From positions 556,450 through 620,449 of the forward strand of contig DASWXP010000002.1 of the NCBI GenBank assembly GCA_036405415.1: a stretch of 64,000 bases of DNA, in the 5' to 3' direction. The notes beneath the pieces are model-generated. The model had not been told where the DNA came from and searched no databases. It saw nothing but the letters and a program-made list of their open reading frames with translations. The position numbers and the translations under genes are program-made. Numbering within the stretch: the first letter of the stretch is position 1; each line of letters opens with the position of its first letter. Below are positions 1 to 9,431 of the stretch, piece after piece. The DNA comes from Minisyncoccota bacterium (lineage in GTDB: Bacteria > Patescibacteriota > Minisyncoccia > Phycocordibacterales > Phycocordibacteraceae).

Positions 1-756
1 GAGGTCATGGGGTATCTGCTTGCGACCTATCCGGGGCGATTCTCCCTGTTCGAGGAAACGCCGGTAACGAAGCTCTCGCTTAAGGAGGACAGGGGAATCC
101 TGCATACCCGCCAGGGGCATGTGGTCGAAGCGCGCCGCGTCGTTTTGTGCACGAACGGGTTCGAGCAGTTCCATATCGAGAACGAATCAGGAAGCGATAT
201 AGACACGAAGTTCCATCATCTCGTCCAGGGACGCATCGGTTACATGGCTGGGTACCTTGAATCCATGAACGCCTCACCGACCGCGATCAGCTACTTCCCG
301 AAGGGAATGCCTGAGACCGGCGACCCGACCGGCGAGACCTATTTCTATCTCACTCGAAGGCCTCACGGGGAAGAGCAGAACGAGGCGAAGAATCTCGTAT
401 GCGCAGGCGGTCCGGAGCAGGTACTCCCGAACCAGGCCCTCTACTCGCGTGCGGACCACTGTCGCGAGGACGTGCGCGAATCCTTAGATGATTTCCTCAA
501 GGCTACGTACCGGCACTATCCGGACCCAGGCACCGAGTACGCCTTCTGTTGGCACGGACTCATGGGCTACACGCCTGGGGGATTGCGGCGTATCGGCATC
601 GAGCCGTGCAACCCGATCCTCCTCTACAACCTCGGATGTAACGGGGTAGGAATCCTGCCCTCGATATACGGAGGTAAGCGCATCGCGCGCATCCTCGCCG
701 GAGAGGCTGTGGAGCGTTCCATATTCGATCCTGCGGATCAGCGCTGCGCCATATAG
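1..756 (+). CDS. FAD-dependent oxidoreductase (DAO/glycine-oxidase-like), 5' truncated at window edge
   Basis: ORF 7..756 is open to nt 1; C-terminal-type motifs of DAO-family flavoproteins (VVLCTNGF..., GxxPxxG-like end). Confidence 0.45.
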   Translation, partial: EVMGYLLATYPGRFSLFEETPVTKLSLKEDRGILHTRQGHVVEARRVVLCTNGFEQFHIENESGSDIDTKFHHLVQGRIGYMAGYLESMNASPTAISYFPKGMPETGDPTGETYFYLTRRPHGEEQNEAKNLVCAGGPEQVLPNQALYSRADHCREDVRESLDDFLKATYRHYPDPGTEYAFCWHGLMGYTPGGLRRIGIEPCNPILLYNLGCNGVGILPSIYGGKRIARILAGEAVERSIFDPADQRCAI

Positions 757-759
757 GCT

Positions 760-2472
760 TTGGCGCGCACGCGCTATACTTTCCTCATGATGGAGAACCC
801 GGAACGCGTGACGTACTTCGGAGCGACTGACGCGCGCGGGAAGCGCGTGCCGTTCGGCATCAAGGCCAAGGACCGGGCGCGCCATATGTACGTGATCGGG
901 AAGACGGGCATGGGCAAGTCCACCTTGCTCGAGAACATGGCGATCCAGGACATCCGGAACGGGGAGGGTATGGCCTTCATCGACCCGCACGGCTCGGCGG
1001 TCGAGACGCTCCTCAATTTCATACCGAAGGAGCGCATCAAGGACGTGGTGTATTTTGCGCCGTTCGACATGGATCATCCGATCGCGTTCAATGTTATGGA
1101 GGACGTGGGATACGACAAGCGCCATCTCGTGGTGTCCGGTCTCATGGCTACCTTCAAGAAGATCTGGGTAGATGCGTGGTCCGCCCGCATGGAGTACATC
1201 CTCTCAAACACCATCCTCGCGCTTCTCGAGTACCCGGGCGCGACCCTGCTCGATGTGAACCGGATGTACACCGACAAGAACTACCGCAAGAAGGTGGTCG
1301 AGAACGTGAAGGACCCGGTGGTGAAGAGCTTCTGGGTGGACGAGTTCGCGAACTATGGCGACCGCTACACGCAGGAAGCGACGCCGTCGATCCAGAACAA
1401 GATCGGCCAGTTCACCTCGAACCCGCTCATCCGCAACATCATCGGCCAGGAAAAGTCCTCGTTCGATATCCGGGATCTCATGGATCGCCGCAAGATCCTC
1501 CTCATCAACCTTTCGAAAGGGCTCGTGGGCGACACGAACATGAAGCTCCTCGGGTCCATGCTCACGACCCGCATCTTCTTGGGGGCGATGAGCCGCGCGA
1601 ACCTGCCGCCGCACGAACTTTCTAAGGCGCCGAAGTTTTACTTCTACGTGGACGAGTTCCAGAACTTCGCGAACGATACGTTCTCGGAGATTCTGTCCGA
1701 GGCCCGAAAGTACCAGCTCAACCTCCTTATCGCGCATCAGTACGTGGCGCAGATGGAAGAGGAGGTGCAGGCTGCGGTGTTCGGCAACGTAGGCACGACG
1801 GTTGCGTTCCGTGTAGGACCGCTCGATGCGGAACTCCTCGAGAAGGTGTTCGCGCCTGAGTTCACGCAGGAAGACCTGGTGAATCTCGGATTCGCGCAGA
1901 TCTACCTGTCCTTGATGATCGACGGCATCGGGTCGCGTCCGTTCTCGGCGATAACCATTCCGCCGATCGAGGCACCTGCGACGTCGTATCGCGAGCAGGT
2001 AATCGAAAGCTCGCGTACGCAGTTCGCAGCACCGCGCGCCGGCATCGAAGAGACGCTCTATACCCGCCTTGCAGAGGCCGCAGCGGAAGTCCAGGCAATG
2101 CACAAGGCTGCATCTGCGGGTCCCGCGAAAAAGCCTGCATACGGGAACCAGAAGCCGCCTGTACGGCGAGAGGAACCGCGCCAGGAGCCCCGGCGAGAGC
2201 AGCGGCCCGAGAAGCAGCCGCCGCACGCTGCCCAGAAGACCGCAGAAGATTTGAAGGCAATCCTCCGGGCAACGGTTGCGAACGCGGACAAGGCCAAGGA
2301 TACTAAGGAGAGAGGGAAGCAGGAGTCGCTTAAGGGCGCCCTCAAGGACGCGCTCAAGCCTGCGCAGGCGCCTGCGACCCCGTCCATTACACAAGGGGCA
2401 GATCTTCCGAAACCGAAGACTGTCTTCGAGGTGCCGGAAGAGACACTCCGTTCACTATTCAAGGATGTCTAA
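760..2472 (+). CDS. FtsK/HerA/TraD-superfamily P-loop ATPase (DUF87 / T4SS-coupling-protein-like) with disordered K/P/E/R-rich C-terminal tail
   Basis: Walker A GKTGMGKST followed by FIDPHG motif (compare IDPKG of TraD/HerA-like ATPases); last ~150 aa low complexity. Confidence 0.5.
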   Translation: MARTRYTFLMMENPERVTYFGATDARGKRVPFGIKAKDRARHMYVIGKTGMGKSTLLENMAIQDIRNGEGMAFIDPHGSAVETLLNFIPKERIKDVVYFAPFDMDHPIAFNVMEDVGYDKRHLVVSGLMATFKKIWVDAWSARMEYILSNTILALLEYPGATLLDVNRMYTDKNYRKKVVENVKDPVVKSFWVDEFANYGDRYTQEATPSIQNKIGQFTSNPLIRNIIGQEKSSFDIRDLMDRRKILLINLSKGLVGDTNMKLLGSMLTTRIFLGAMSRANLPPHELSKAPKFYFYVDEFQNFANDTFSEILSEARKYQLNLLIAHQYVAQMEEEVQAAVFGNVGTTVAFRVGPLDAELLEKVFAPEFTQEDLVNLGFAQIYLSLMIDGIGSRPFSAITIPPIEAPATSYREQVIESSRTQFAAPRAGIEETLYTRLAEAAAEVQAMHKAASAGPAKKPAYGNQKPPVRREEPRQEPRREQRPEKQPPHAAQKTAEDLKAILRATVANADKAKDTKERGKQESLKGALKDALKPAQAPATPSITQGADLPKPKTVFEVPEETLRSLFKDV

Positions 2473-3592
2473 ATTCTTCTATGGCCTATTCCTTATCATC
2501 CCTCTCTCACTTGCACCCGGAGTTGCGCACGGGCAGGTACTCGTAAGCGAGATAGCGTGGATGGGGAATGGTGCTGCTACCAATGCCCACTATTGCGAGT
2601 GGGTGGAACTTCATAATCAGGGTGCGGAGCGCGTGTCGCTCTCGGGCTGGAAACTCTCGACCGCCGACGGCGGCATGAACGTATCGCTTACGGGTTCAAT
2701 AGATCCGGGAGCGTATTTCGTCGTAGAGCGGTATACCGCTACCGCGTGTCCTGACCCGGTGCCTGGCATAAGCGACTTGTCCGTATCGTTCGGGAGTGGA
2801 CTCGCCAATTCCGGTGAGATACTCGTGCTTACCGGTGCGGGACAGGAACAGGATCGCGTAGACGCGTCTGTTGGGTGGGAAGATACCGTAGGCGGAGACG
2901 CAACCAAGAAGCTTACGGCTCAGAGAAACGGGGCTTCGTGGGTGACGGCTGAACCAACTCCTGGAGCAGCAAATGCGACGGTGTCGGTTGCAACTGAGGA
3001 GGAATCTACTACGACAACCTCAAGCTCGTCAGGGAGCACGAAGAAAGTAACGAATCCGATCCCGTATCTCGTTATCGAGCCCGGAAAGGACCGCGTGGTA
3101 TCCGTCGGTGCGCATGTAACCTATGCGGCAACCGTGCATGACAGCAAGAGCGAGATCCGGAACCATCCGTATATCACGTGGGCGTTCGGAGACGGCGGGA
3201 GAGAGATCGGGCGGGAGGTGTCGTACAAGTACGACGAGCCGGGAGAGTATCTCGTAGTCGCGCGGGCTCAGGACGGGTATAGCGACGGCCATGCCCTTTT
3301 CACCGTCGTTGCGGATACTGCTGATGTTACGGTTTCAAGCAGCACCGAAAAGGGTATCGAGCTTTTTAACCAGAACGACCGCATCGTCGACCTCTCGCGC
3401 TGGCTACTCTCAAGCGGAGGAGAGACATACCGGCTCCCGGAGGACACGTGGATACTTCCTGGAAGGCGTGTCTGGTTCCTTTCGTCCGTAACGGGCCTTA
3501 GGTCTCTCGGTGAAAGCTCGCTTCTGTATCCTGACGGAAAGATAGCTGCGGCACCCGCGAAACCTGGCGTTCTCGCTGGCGGTTCTCTCTAA
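2465..3592 (+). CDS. secreted lamin-tail-domain (LTD) protein with internal PKD-like domain
   Basis: Signal-peptide-like N-terminus (FFYGLFLIIPLSLAPGVAHG); SEIAWMG...EWVELHN LTD signature twice; central PKD-like segment; start ATG 2465 overlaps stop of upstream gene. Confidence 0.6.
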   Translation: MSKFFYGLFLIIPLSLAPGVAHGQVLVSEIAWMGNGAATNAHYCEWVELHNQGAERVSLSGWKLSTADGGMNVSLTGSIDPGAYFVVERYTATACPDPVPGISDLSVSFGSGLANSGEILVLTGAGQEQDRVDASVGWEDTVGGDATKKLTAQRNGASWVTAEPTPGAANATVSVATEEESTTTTSSSSGSTKKVTNPIPYLVIEPGKDRVVSVGAHVTYAATVHDSKSEIRNHPYITWAFGDGGREIGREVSYKYDEPGEYLVVARAQDGYSDGHALFTVVADTADVTVSSSTEKGIELFNQNDRIVDLSRWLLSSGGETYRLPEDTWILPGRRVWFLSSVTGLRSLGESSLLYPDGKIAAAPAKPGVLAGGSL

Positions 3593-3637
3593 GGAAGAGA
3601 AGCCTTAGCAACCAAGAACCATGCATCTGTCACTCTA

Positions 3638-3675
3638 GCCCCGCCGGGCGCAGCAGAATCTGCGTCCGGCGGGGC
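3638..3675 (+). terminator. GC-rich 16-bp stem hairpin (one G-U) with 6-nt loop, no U-tract
   Basis: gccccgccgggcgcag-cagaat-ctgcgtccggcggggc between LTD gene and yvcK-like gene. Confidence 0.35.
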
Positions 3676-3703
3676 GCCATGCGACAGGAGAAGCGAGGGG
3701 CGA

Positions 3704-3709
3704 TACTAT
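3704..3709 (+). promoter_or_regulatory. -10-like hexamer TACTAT 6 nt upstream of ATG 3716
   Basis: Part of a recurrent TATAcT-N5-12-ATG pattern in this window. Confidence 0.3.
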
Positions 3710-3715
3710 GACTGT

Positions 3716-4684
3716 ATGACCAAGATTGTGACTATAGGGGGCGGGACCGGCACATTCGTGGTCCTTTCAGGACTGCGCCGCCTGCCAGACGTTGAGCTCA
3801 CGGCTATCGTCACGAGCGCGGATGACGGAGGTTCAACGGGGAATCTGCGCGACGCGTACGGGTTCCTGCCTGCCGGGGATTCGCGGCAGGCGCTCGTTGC
3901 GCTCGCGGAAGACGGGAACGTGCTGCGCGACTTGTTTGCGTATCGGTTCGAGAAGAGCGAGGTGAAGGGGCACAATCTCGGGAACCTCTTCCTTACGGCG
4001 CTTACGGACATTCTCGGATCAGATGCTGCAGCGCTTGAAGAAGCATCAAGGATTCTGCGCATCTGCGGGACGGTGGTACCCGCGACAGAATATCCTGCAA
4101 CCCTCGTAGCGACGCTTAAGGACGGTACCGTTCTCCGGAACGAGCGGCATATTGATGAGCGTGTCGGAGGCCGCGCTCGGATTGCTGAGATCGCACTTGA
4201 GGAAAATCCTGAAATGTCCCAGGGAGCGCGCAGCGCGATAGAGTCCGCGGACCTGATAATCATCGGCCCGGGGGATCTCTACACGTCAAGCATCGCGGCG
4301 CTCCTGCCGAATGGCATGAAAGAAGCGATCGGAGGCGCCAAGGGCCGTCTTCTGTACGTATCGAATCTGTTTACGAAGTCCGGGCAGACCGAAGACTATT
4401 CGATCAAGGATCATGTGACCGAGGTGGCGCGGTACGCAGGACGCGAGCCTGACATCATTCTCGTGAATCAGGGAGGGTTAACCGAGGACGTGCTCTCTCG
4501 ATACGCTCAGGAAGGGGAGTACCCGCCAAAGGACGACTATCTCGCGTCTGATACGAGGGTACGCAGGCTACCGCTCGTTTCGGTGTATGCTGTTCCTGCA
4601 GTGCCCGGGGACCCGCTTCCGCGCTCCCTGGTGCGTCACGAGCCCGCGAAGCTCGCTGCAGCCATCGCCACTCTTTTCTCATGA
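3716..4684 (+). CDS. YvcK/CofD-family (UPF0052, gluconeogenesis factor-like) protein
   Basis: N-terminal IVTIGGGTG...VTSADDGGSTG motifs characteristic of the YvcK/CofD family. Confidence 0.7.
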   Translation: MTKIVTIGGGTGTFVVLSGLRRLPDVELTAIVTSADDGGSTGNLRDAYGFLPAGDSRQALVALAEDGNVLRDLFAYRFEKSEVKGHNLGNLFLTALTDILGSDAAALEEASRILRICGTVVPATEYPATLVATLKDGTVLRNERHIDERVGGRARIAEIALEENPEMSQGARSAIESADLIIIGPGDLYTSSIAALLPNGMKEAIGGAKGRLLYVSNLFTKSGQTEDYSIKDHVTEVARYAGREPDIILVNQGGLTEDVLSRYAQEGEYPPKDDYLASDTRVRRLPLVSVYAVPAVPGDPLPRSLVRHEPAKLAAAIATLFS

Positions 4685-5199
4685 GGTACTATCTCGATTT
4701 CGACAGGACGGTCTTCGATACGGAAGCGTTCTATGCGTACGTTGAAGAGCGCGAGGGCGGGACGCTTTTTGCAGGTCTGCCGCGCGAGGAATACTCATCC
4801 ACGCTTCATAGCATGGCGCATGAAGGTAAGATCGCGTTCGAGCCTGGCGAGCTTTCTCGGTTCCTCTATCCGGACGCCGATCGGTTTCTTCGGGAGAAGG
4901 AGAATGCAGTCACTATCATCACTTTCGGGGACATAACGTTCCAGCAGATGAAGGTTAAGAGCGCGCTTCAGGGTATCCCGCGCATGTCCGTTATGTATAC
5001 GGGAGACGTGCGTAAAGGCGAGTACCTTGCGCCCCACACACATTTGCATGAAGGAGCTATCGCAGTGGACGATCTGCCGATTGAGCTTGAGGGGTATACA
5101 GCACATTGTCCGCCGATCCAGCTCTTTGAGATACGCAGGAACGGCGCACCGGGAGACGGGGGGTGGCCGGTAATCAAAAGTCTTACGGAACTGCCATGA
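4681..5199 (+). CDS. hypothetical protein, possible HAD-like hydrolase
   Basis: N-terminal LDFDRTVFDT resembles HAD motif I (DxDxT); start overlaps upstream stop (ATGA). Confidence 0.3.
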   Translation: MRYYLDFDRTVFDTEAFYAYVEEREGGTLFAGLPREEYSSTLHSMAHEGKIAFEPGELSRFLYPDADRFLREKENAVTIITFGDITFQQMKVKSALQGIPRMSVMYTGDVRKGEYLAPHTHLHEGAIAVDDLPIELEGYTAHCPPIQLFEIRRNGAPGDGGWPVIKSLTELP

Positions 5200-6704
5200 C
5201 CACCATCCCGAAGATTATTCATTATGTGTGGGTCGGGGGAAGGCCACTTACGCCGCTTGCGCTCAGTTGTATCGAAAGCTGGAAGACGCACGCGCCTGAC
5301 TACGAGCTCCGCCTCTGGAACGAGGAGAATATTCCACTCGACCATCAGTATGTAATCGAGATGTATCGGATGAAGAGGTGGGCATTCGTGTCGGATTACG
5401 TCCGCTTTTGGGCACTCGAGCGTGAAGGAGGAATCTATCTTGATACGGATATGGAACTATTTCGCCCACTCGACACATTCCTCGAGCAGGGCGCGTTCTT
5501 AGGCCGCTCGAAGAGCGGGCACGTTGAGAGTAGTATTGTCGGAGCCTCTGCAGGGCACCCCTTTATTCGCGCAGCTCTTGCGTTCTACGACCGCGATACG
5601 GAATTCTCGACTGAGAACACGTCTCCGCTCGTGCTCGAGCGAATCTTTAAATCAGGTGCATATCCGGACGTCAGGGTGTACGGCCCAGAATACTTCCACC
5701 CCTGTGACGAAGGGGAGTCCTGCCGCCCGAAAGTCCTTGCACAGGCCTATGCACGGCATCATTGGGCAGAGTCGTGGGTACCGTTCGCGTCGCTCCGAAA
5801 GGCGCTTCGGCGCGTCGGCATCATGCCGGCGCTACGAGCCCTGAAGCGGGGGCTGAGCCCCAAGGCCCGTGTACCGTATCGGCCGCTCGTGTCTATAGCC
5901 ATGACTACTTATAACGGCGGGGACCTGATACGTGAGCAGGTCGATTCGATCCTTGCGCAGACCTACCAGAATCTCGAGCTGGTGATAAGTGATGATGGGA
6001 GCGACGAGAAGACCGTCGCGATACTAAACGAGTACGCAAAGAAGGATCCTCGGGTCTCATGGTCTCGAAGTCCCTTAGAGCGCGGGTACGTGAAGAATAC
6101 TGAGAACTCAATATCGCTCTGTAAGGGGGAGATCATCTTCCTGTGCGACCAGGACGATACATGGTATCCGAAAAAAGTTGAAAAGCATGTGGAGCGATAC
6201 CAGGATCCTTCAGTGACATGGGTTTACAATCGCCTCGTCATTACGGACGCCACAGGTAATGAGATAGGGCACCTTGAGGATACGTTGCCCGACTATTACC
6301 GCCACAAAACCATGCTCGAGAATGCATGGGGAACCTGTATCGGAGGTGCGCAGACATCATATCGCGCCTCGGTAGTGAAGAAAGCAATGCCAGTCGGTAG
6401 GTATGCTCCAGCGCATGATTCCTGGATTCAGCTCGCTATCAATCCCATGAGGGGAACGTTCATAAACGAGATTCTACAGACCTATCGCCAGCATGGCGCG
6501 AACGAGGTGGGTGTGCGGGTGTTCACGCCGGAAGAGGAAGCGGAGCGCGAGACGCGCGCGATATATGAGAATCTCCGGTATCTTCGGAACCTACCTTTAA
6601 ATTCTACGTTGCCGCTCTGGAAAAGGACGTTCTTCCTCCTGGTGTATATAGCAAAGCGCGCCCGTGCAGTGATTAGGAAGGCTCGGTCTCGCTTCGTCTC
6701 CTAA
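5196..6704 (+). CDS. bifunctional glycosyltransferase, GT32-like (DXD) N-domain fused to GT2 C-domain
   Basis: N-terminal half has IIHYVWVGG...YLDTDME (GT32/Gly_transf_sug-like); C-terminal half has VSIAMTTYNGGDLIREQVDSILAQTY...ISDDGSDE...CDQDD (GT2). Confidence 0.6.
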   Translation: MTTIPKIIHYVWVGGRPLTPLALSCIESWKTHAPDYELRLWNEENIPLDHQYVIEMYRMKRWAFVSDYVRFWALEREGGIYLDTDMELFRPLDTFLEQGAFLGRSKSGHVESSIVGASAGHPFIRAALAFYDRDTEFSTENTSPLVLERIFKSGAYPDVRVYGPEYFHPCDEGESCRPKVLAQAYARHHWAESWVPFASLRKALRRVGIMPALRALKRGLSPKARVPYRPLVSIAMTTYNGGDLIREQVDSILAQTYQNLELVISDDGSDEKTVAILNEYAKKDPRVSWSRSPLERGYVKNTENSISLCKGEIIFLCDQDDTWYPKKVEKHVERYQDPSVTWVYNRLVITDATGNEIGHLEDTLPDYYRHKTMLENAWGTCIGGAQTSYRASVVKKAMPVGRYAPAHDSWIQLAINPMRGTFINEILQTYRQHGANEVGVRVFTPEEEAERETRAIYENLRYLRNLPLNSTLPLWKRTFFLLVYIAKRARAVIRKARSRFVS

Positions 6705-6705
6705 C

Positions 6706-7746
6706 TCATTTCTTACATGAAAGCACAGCAACCTCGTCTCGTCCGGGGTGCAGTATATGCAGCCATCCCAGCACGAACCAACGCAATTGCTTCGCGAGTT
6801 TTTCGTATAGGCCCGTACGTGTTGGAGGTTCTGGGTGACCGTAGCGCATTAACCCTTCGGAAGCGTCGAGCAGATAGTCTACGCCCTGAAGCGAAGAGAA
6901 GGAGCGGACGCTACTGAACCCTGTTTCAGCGCCGAGCGCCTTCAGCGCCTGCGGCGTGAATATCTGTAGATGGTCGGGCTCGAATCCGCGCCAGTCCTTG
7001 CAATATTTCTGATGCCCGCGAGAAGCCGCGTTTGGGGTTATGGCGATAAGGACGCCTCCTTCCTTCAGAATTCTCCGGCATTCCTGAAGCAGCGCCTTGG
7101 CGCACGGTACGTGCTCTATGACATGACTCATGATGATGGCGTCAAAGAATCCTTCCGGAAATTTTTGCGACTCAAGCTCGCCGACGCGCGCATCGGTACC
7201 TAGTGAGCGTGCGACGTCTACGGCAACCGGATCGAAATCAACGCCGATTCCGCGCCAGCCTCTCTGCTCAAGTGCGCGCAGAGAGCTCCCGTTTCCGCAG
7301 CCCACATCAAGTACGGTACCGCCTGGGACCGCAGGAAGGTAGAAGACACTCGCAGCCTGTGTATCTCGCCACGCGGGATGTAGGTAAGCGATAGAGGCGA
7401 GGAAAGGACGAAGCCATCGAGGAGACGAGGATGCATACCCATACCGCGTATACAGGTACTCGTTCCGCACTGCGTCGCGTAGATGCTGGGCGAATCCTCG
7501 AGATTTCGTTCCTTCTTGGCCGCCTTCATGGGTCGGATAATTGATATAGAGCTTCCAGAGGTCCTCGTCTACCGTTACAGGATCCTGCCAGAGAGTACCG
7601 CAGCGCTTATCGTTGCATTGCTTCCATCTCCATGACCCTGGTAATCCGAGAATCCTGTCTACCCACTCCTCGTAAAGCACCTGCCCGCTCGAAGAGCAGG
7701 TAGGGCATTCCGGACGGGGGCGGGTACGAATTGTCGCGTTATCCAT
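6706..7746 (-). CDS. class I SAM-dependent methyltransferase with N-terminal Cys4 zinc-ribbon
   Basis: CPTC...C..C zinc-ribbon, then LDVGCGNGS motif I and ILKEGGVLIAITPN-type motifs. Confidence 0.6.
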   Translation of the reverse strand: MDNATIRTRPRPECPTCSSSGQVLYEEWVDRILGLPGSWRWKQCNDKRCGTLWQDPVTVDEDLWKLYINYPTHEGGQEGTKSRGFAQHLRDAVRNEYLYTRYGYASSSPRWLRPFLASIAYLHPAWRDTQAASVFYLPAVPGGTVLDVGCGNGSSLRALEQRGWRGIGVDFDPVAVDVARSLGTDARVGELESQKFPEGFFDAIIMSHVIEHVPCAKALLQECRRILKEGGVLIAITPNAASRGHQKYCKDWRGFEPDHLQIFTPQALKALGAETGFSSVRSFSSLQGVDYLLDASEGLMRYGHPEPPTRTGLYEKLAKQLRWFVLGWLHILHPGRDEVAVLSCKK

Positions 7747-7805
7747 ACGATTTCCGCAGTATAGCAGCCAGGGTTTCCCGGTCTTCGCTGATCAAGTACT
7801 TGGAG

Positions 7806-7811
7806 TACAAT
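7806..7811 (+). promoter_or_regulatory. -10-like hexamer TACAAT 7 nt upstream of ATG 7819
   Basis: TACAAT-agctccc-ATG. Confidence 0.3.
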
Positions 7812-7818
7812 AGCTCCC

Positions 7819-8598
7819 ATGGTCAGGGCTTTCGTGATAAACCTCGATACAGACACGGAGCGCATGGCGTTTATGGCACGCCAGCTCGACGCTCTTGGAA
7901 TTCCGTACGAGCGGTTTGCAGCATTGAGAGGGGAGAGCGTGCCAGCCAAGGAGTACGACGCAGAGGCAGCGCGTTCGACCGGAGGGCACGCGCTTATCCC
8001 TGGCGAGCTTGGATGTGCCGCCTCGCATAAGCGGATATACGAGCAGGTGCTCGCGCGCGGGCTCCCATACGCTCTGGTCCTTGAGGATGATGTCGAGCTC
8101 CCTCGCAATTTCGCAGAGATAGTCGAGGAGGAGGTTGCGCGCAACCGCGGGCAATGGGAGTACCTCCTTTTCGACTACTGGGAACCGGGGATGCCATTTC
8201 TCAATAGATGGTTCAAGTCAGTAGGAAGCACGATCCATGCTTCGCGGAAAAACCCTTTCGTGCTCGCGTGGCACGTACTCTATGCGCTTGCGAAGGTGCC
8301 GTACATAGTCCCGCTCTCCATATTCGAAGGTATTCGTAACGCGTACAAGCGCATGCATCCAGGCCCGGTAGTATTCTACCGACCACTATTCCTGGCAGGG
8401 GCCTACCTTGTGTCTCAGGAAGGCGCGCGGAAGCTTCTTTCGCTTTCAGATCCTATTATCTATACCGCAGATGCGCTTCCGAATGAGGCACGGAGGCGGA
8501 GAGGGCTTGCGTTCAAGGCGTATGCGCCTTGCATAGTGCGTCAGGAAAAGGCTCGATTTGGCTCTAGCATCCTCCACCTCCCAGGCTCCGCAACCTAG
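7819..8598 (+). CDS. glycosyltransferase family 25 (LPS/LOS biosynthesis-type)
   Basis: AFVINLDTDTERMAFMARQL...LGCAASHKRIYEQ...LVLEDDVEL typical of GT25. Confidence 0.6.
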   Translation: MVRAFVINLDTDTERMAFMARQLDALGIPYERFAALRGESVPAKEYDAEAARSTGGHALIPGELGCAASHKRIYEQVLARGLPYALVLEDDVELPRNFAEIVEEEVARNRGQWEYLLFDYWEPGMPFLNRWFKSVGSTIHASRKNPFVLAWHVLYALAKVPYIVPLSIFEGIRNAYKRMHPGPVVFYRPLFLAGAYLVSQEGARKLLSLSDPIIYTADALPNEARRRRGLAFKAYAPCIVRQEKARFGSSILHLPGSAT

Positions 8599-8599
8599 C

Positions 8600-9403
8600 A
8601 TGCATACATCCCAACGAGCACTGAGATTTCTTATTCGGTATGCCGCGCACCCGGTGTATATCGTCACCTACCTTGCAAACTATTGGCGCGCAGGGTTTGC
8701 GCTTGGAATCGACTTATACAGCGAGTCTGAAGTAGTGGAAGAAATACGGAGAGGTAGATCCCTCATACGGTTTGGGGATGGAGAGATAAATCTTCTGCTC
8801 GGGCTTCGTAACCACTACCACGGTTACGACCCTAAACTTAGAAGAATGCTAAAGGAGATTGTTAGGGAATATGACAATAACAAGCCGTACATACTCGCCG
8901 TACCGAAGTTTCTAAACTATAGCAATGCTGAGCTAAGACAAGTCGGGAGACTAAACCTGTGGATGCCGTTCAAGATCATGTTCATGCTGTTGTTTCCGAA
9001 ACATGCACGATACATGGATGCGCACTGCTTCTACTACACCGGCTACTTCGAACGGTTCGTCGCTCCAGCGATTGAGGGGAAGCGCGTGATCTTCGTAACG
9101 AATGAGGCTACTCTTGCAAGGCAGCGCACAAACCCTGCCTTCCCGTGGAAAGACAGTATCGAGATTTCAACCCCGAACGAGGAAGCTTTAGCTGTCTACG
9201 AAACGGTGCGTGCAGAACTCCATGAGACTCTATCCCAAGGAAGAAATGGAGAGTTCGTCACGCTTATATCGATGGGTCCGGCAGGTAAGTACTTGGCGAA
9301 GGAACTCGCTGAAGCAGGATATCAGGTTATCGATCTCGGTAAGGCAGCTGAGGTTATATACACTGAGGAGTCGATTGAGTGGATGATATTAGGAGCCCTC
9401 TAG
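8600..9403 (+). CDS. GT-D-type glycosyltransferase (DUF1792 family), paralog 1
   Basis: IRFGDGE motif and overall similarity to the ORF at 13134..13997 (VRFGDE..., SMG[PS]A[GA]K...L...AGY); ATG 8600 lies 1 nt after the upstream stop. Confidence 0.5.
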   Translation: MHTSQRALRFLIRYAAHPVYIVTYLANYWRAGFALGIDLYSESEVVEEIRRGRSLIRFGDGEINLLLGLRNHYHGYDPKLRRMLKEIVREYDNNKPYILAVPKFLNYSNAELRQVGRLNLWMPFKIMFMLLFPKHARYMDAHCFYYTGYFERFVAPAIEGKRVIFVTNEATLARQRTNPAFPWKDSIEISTPNEEALAVYETVRAELHETLSQGRNGEFVTLISMGPAGKYLAKELAEAGYQVIDLGKAAEVIYTEESIEWMILGAL

Positions 9404-9431
9404 AGCGCTCTCCAAGAGTGAGAGAGGTGAC

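Noticed and set aside
1204-2394. 396-aa ORF on the minus strand (and ORFs 1176..1625 +, 1862..2272 -, 2058..2462 -)
   Set aside because: Entirely antisense to, or out of frame within, the conserved P-loop ATPase gene. Arg/Leu-rich composition typical of GC-rich antisense frames. No motifs.
760-2472. TraD/VirD4-like ATPase as evidence of a conjugative element
   Set aside because: No relaxase, VirB4 or other T4SS components in the window. The protein lacks N-terminal TM segments, so a HerA/DUF87-type assignment is equally likely.
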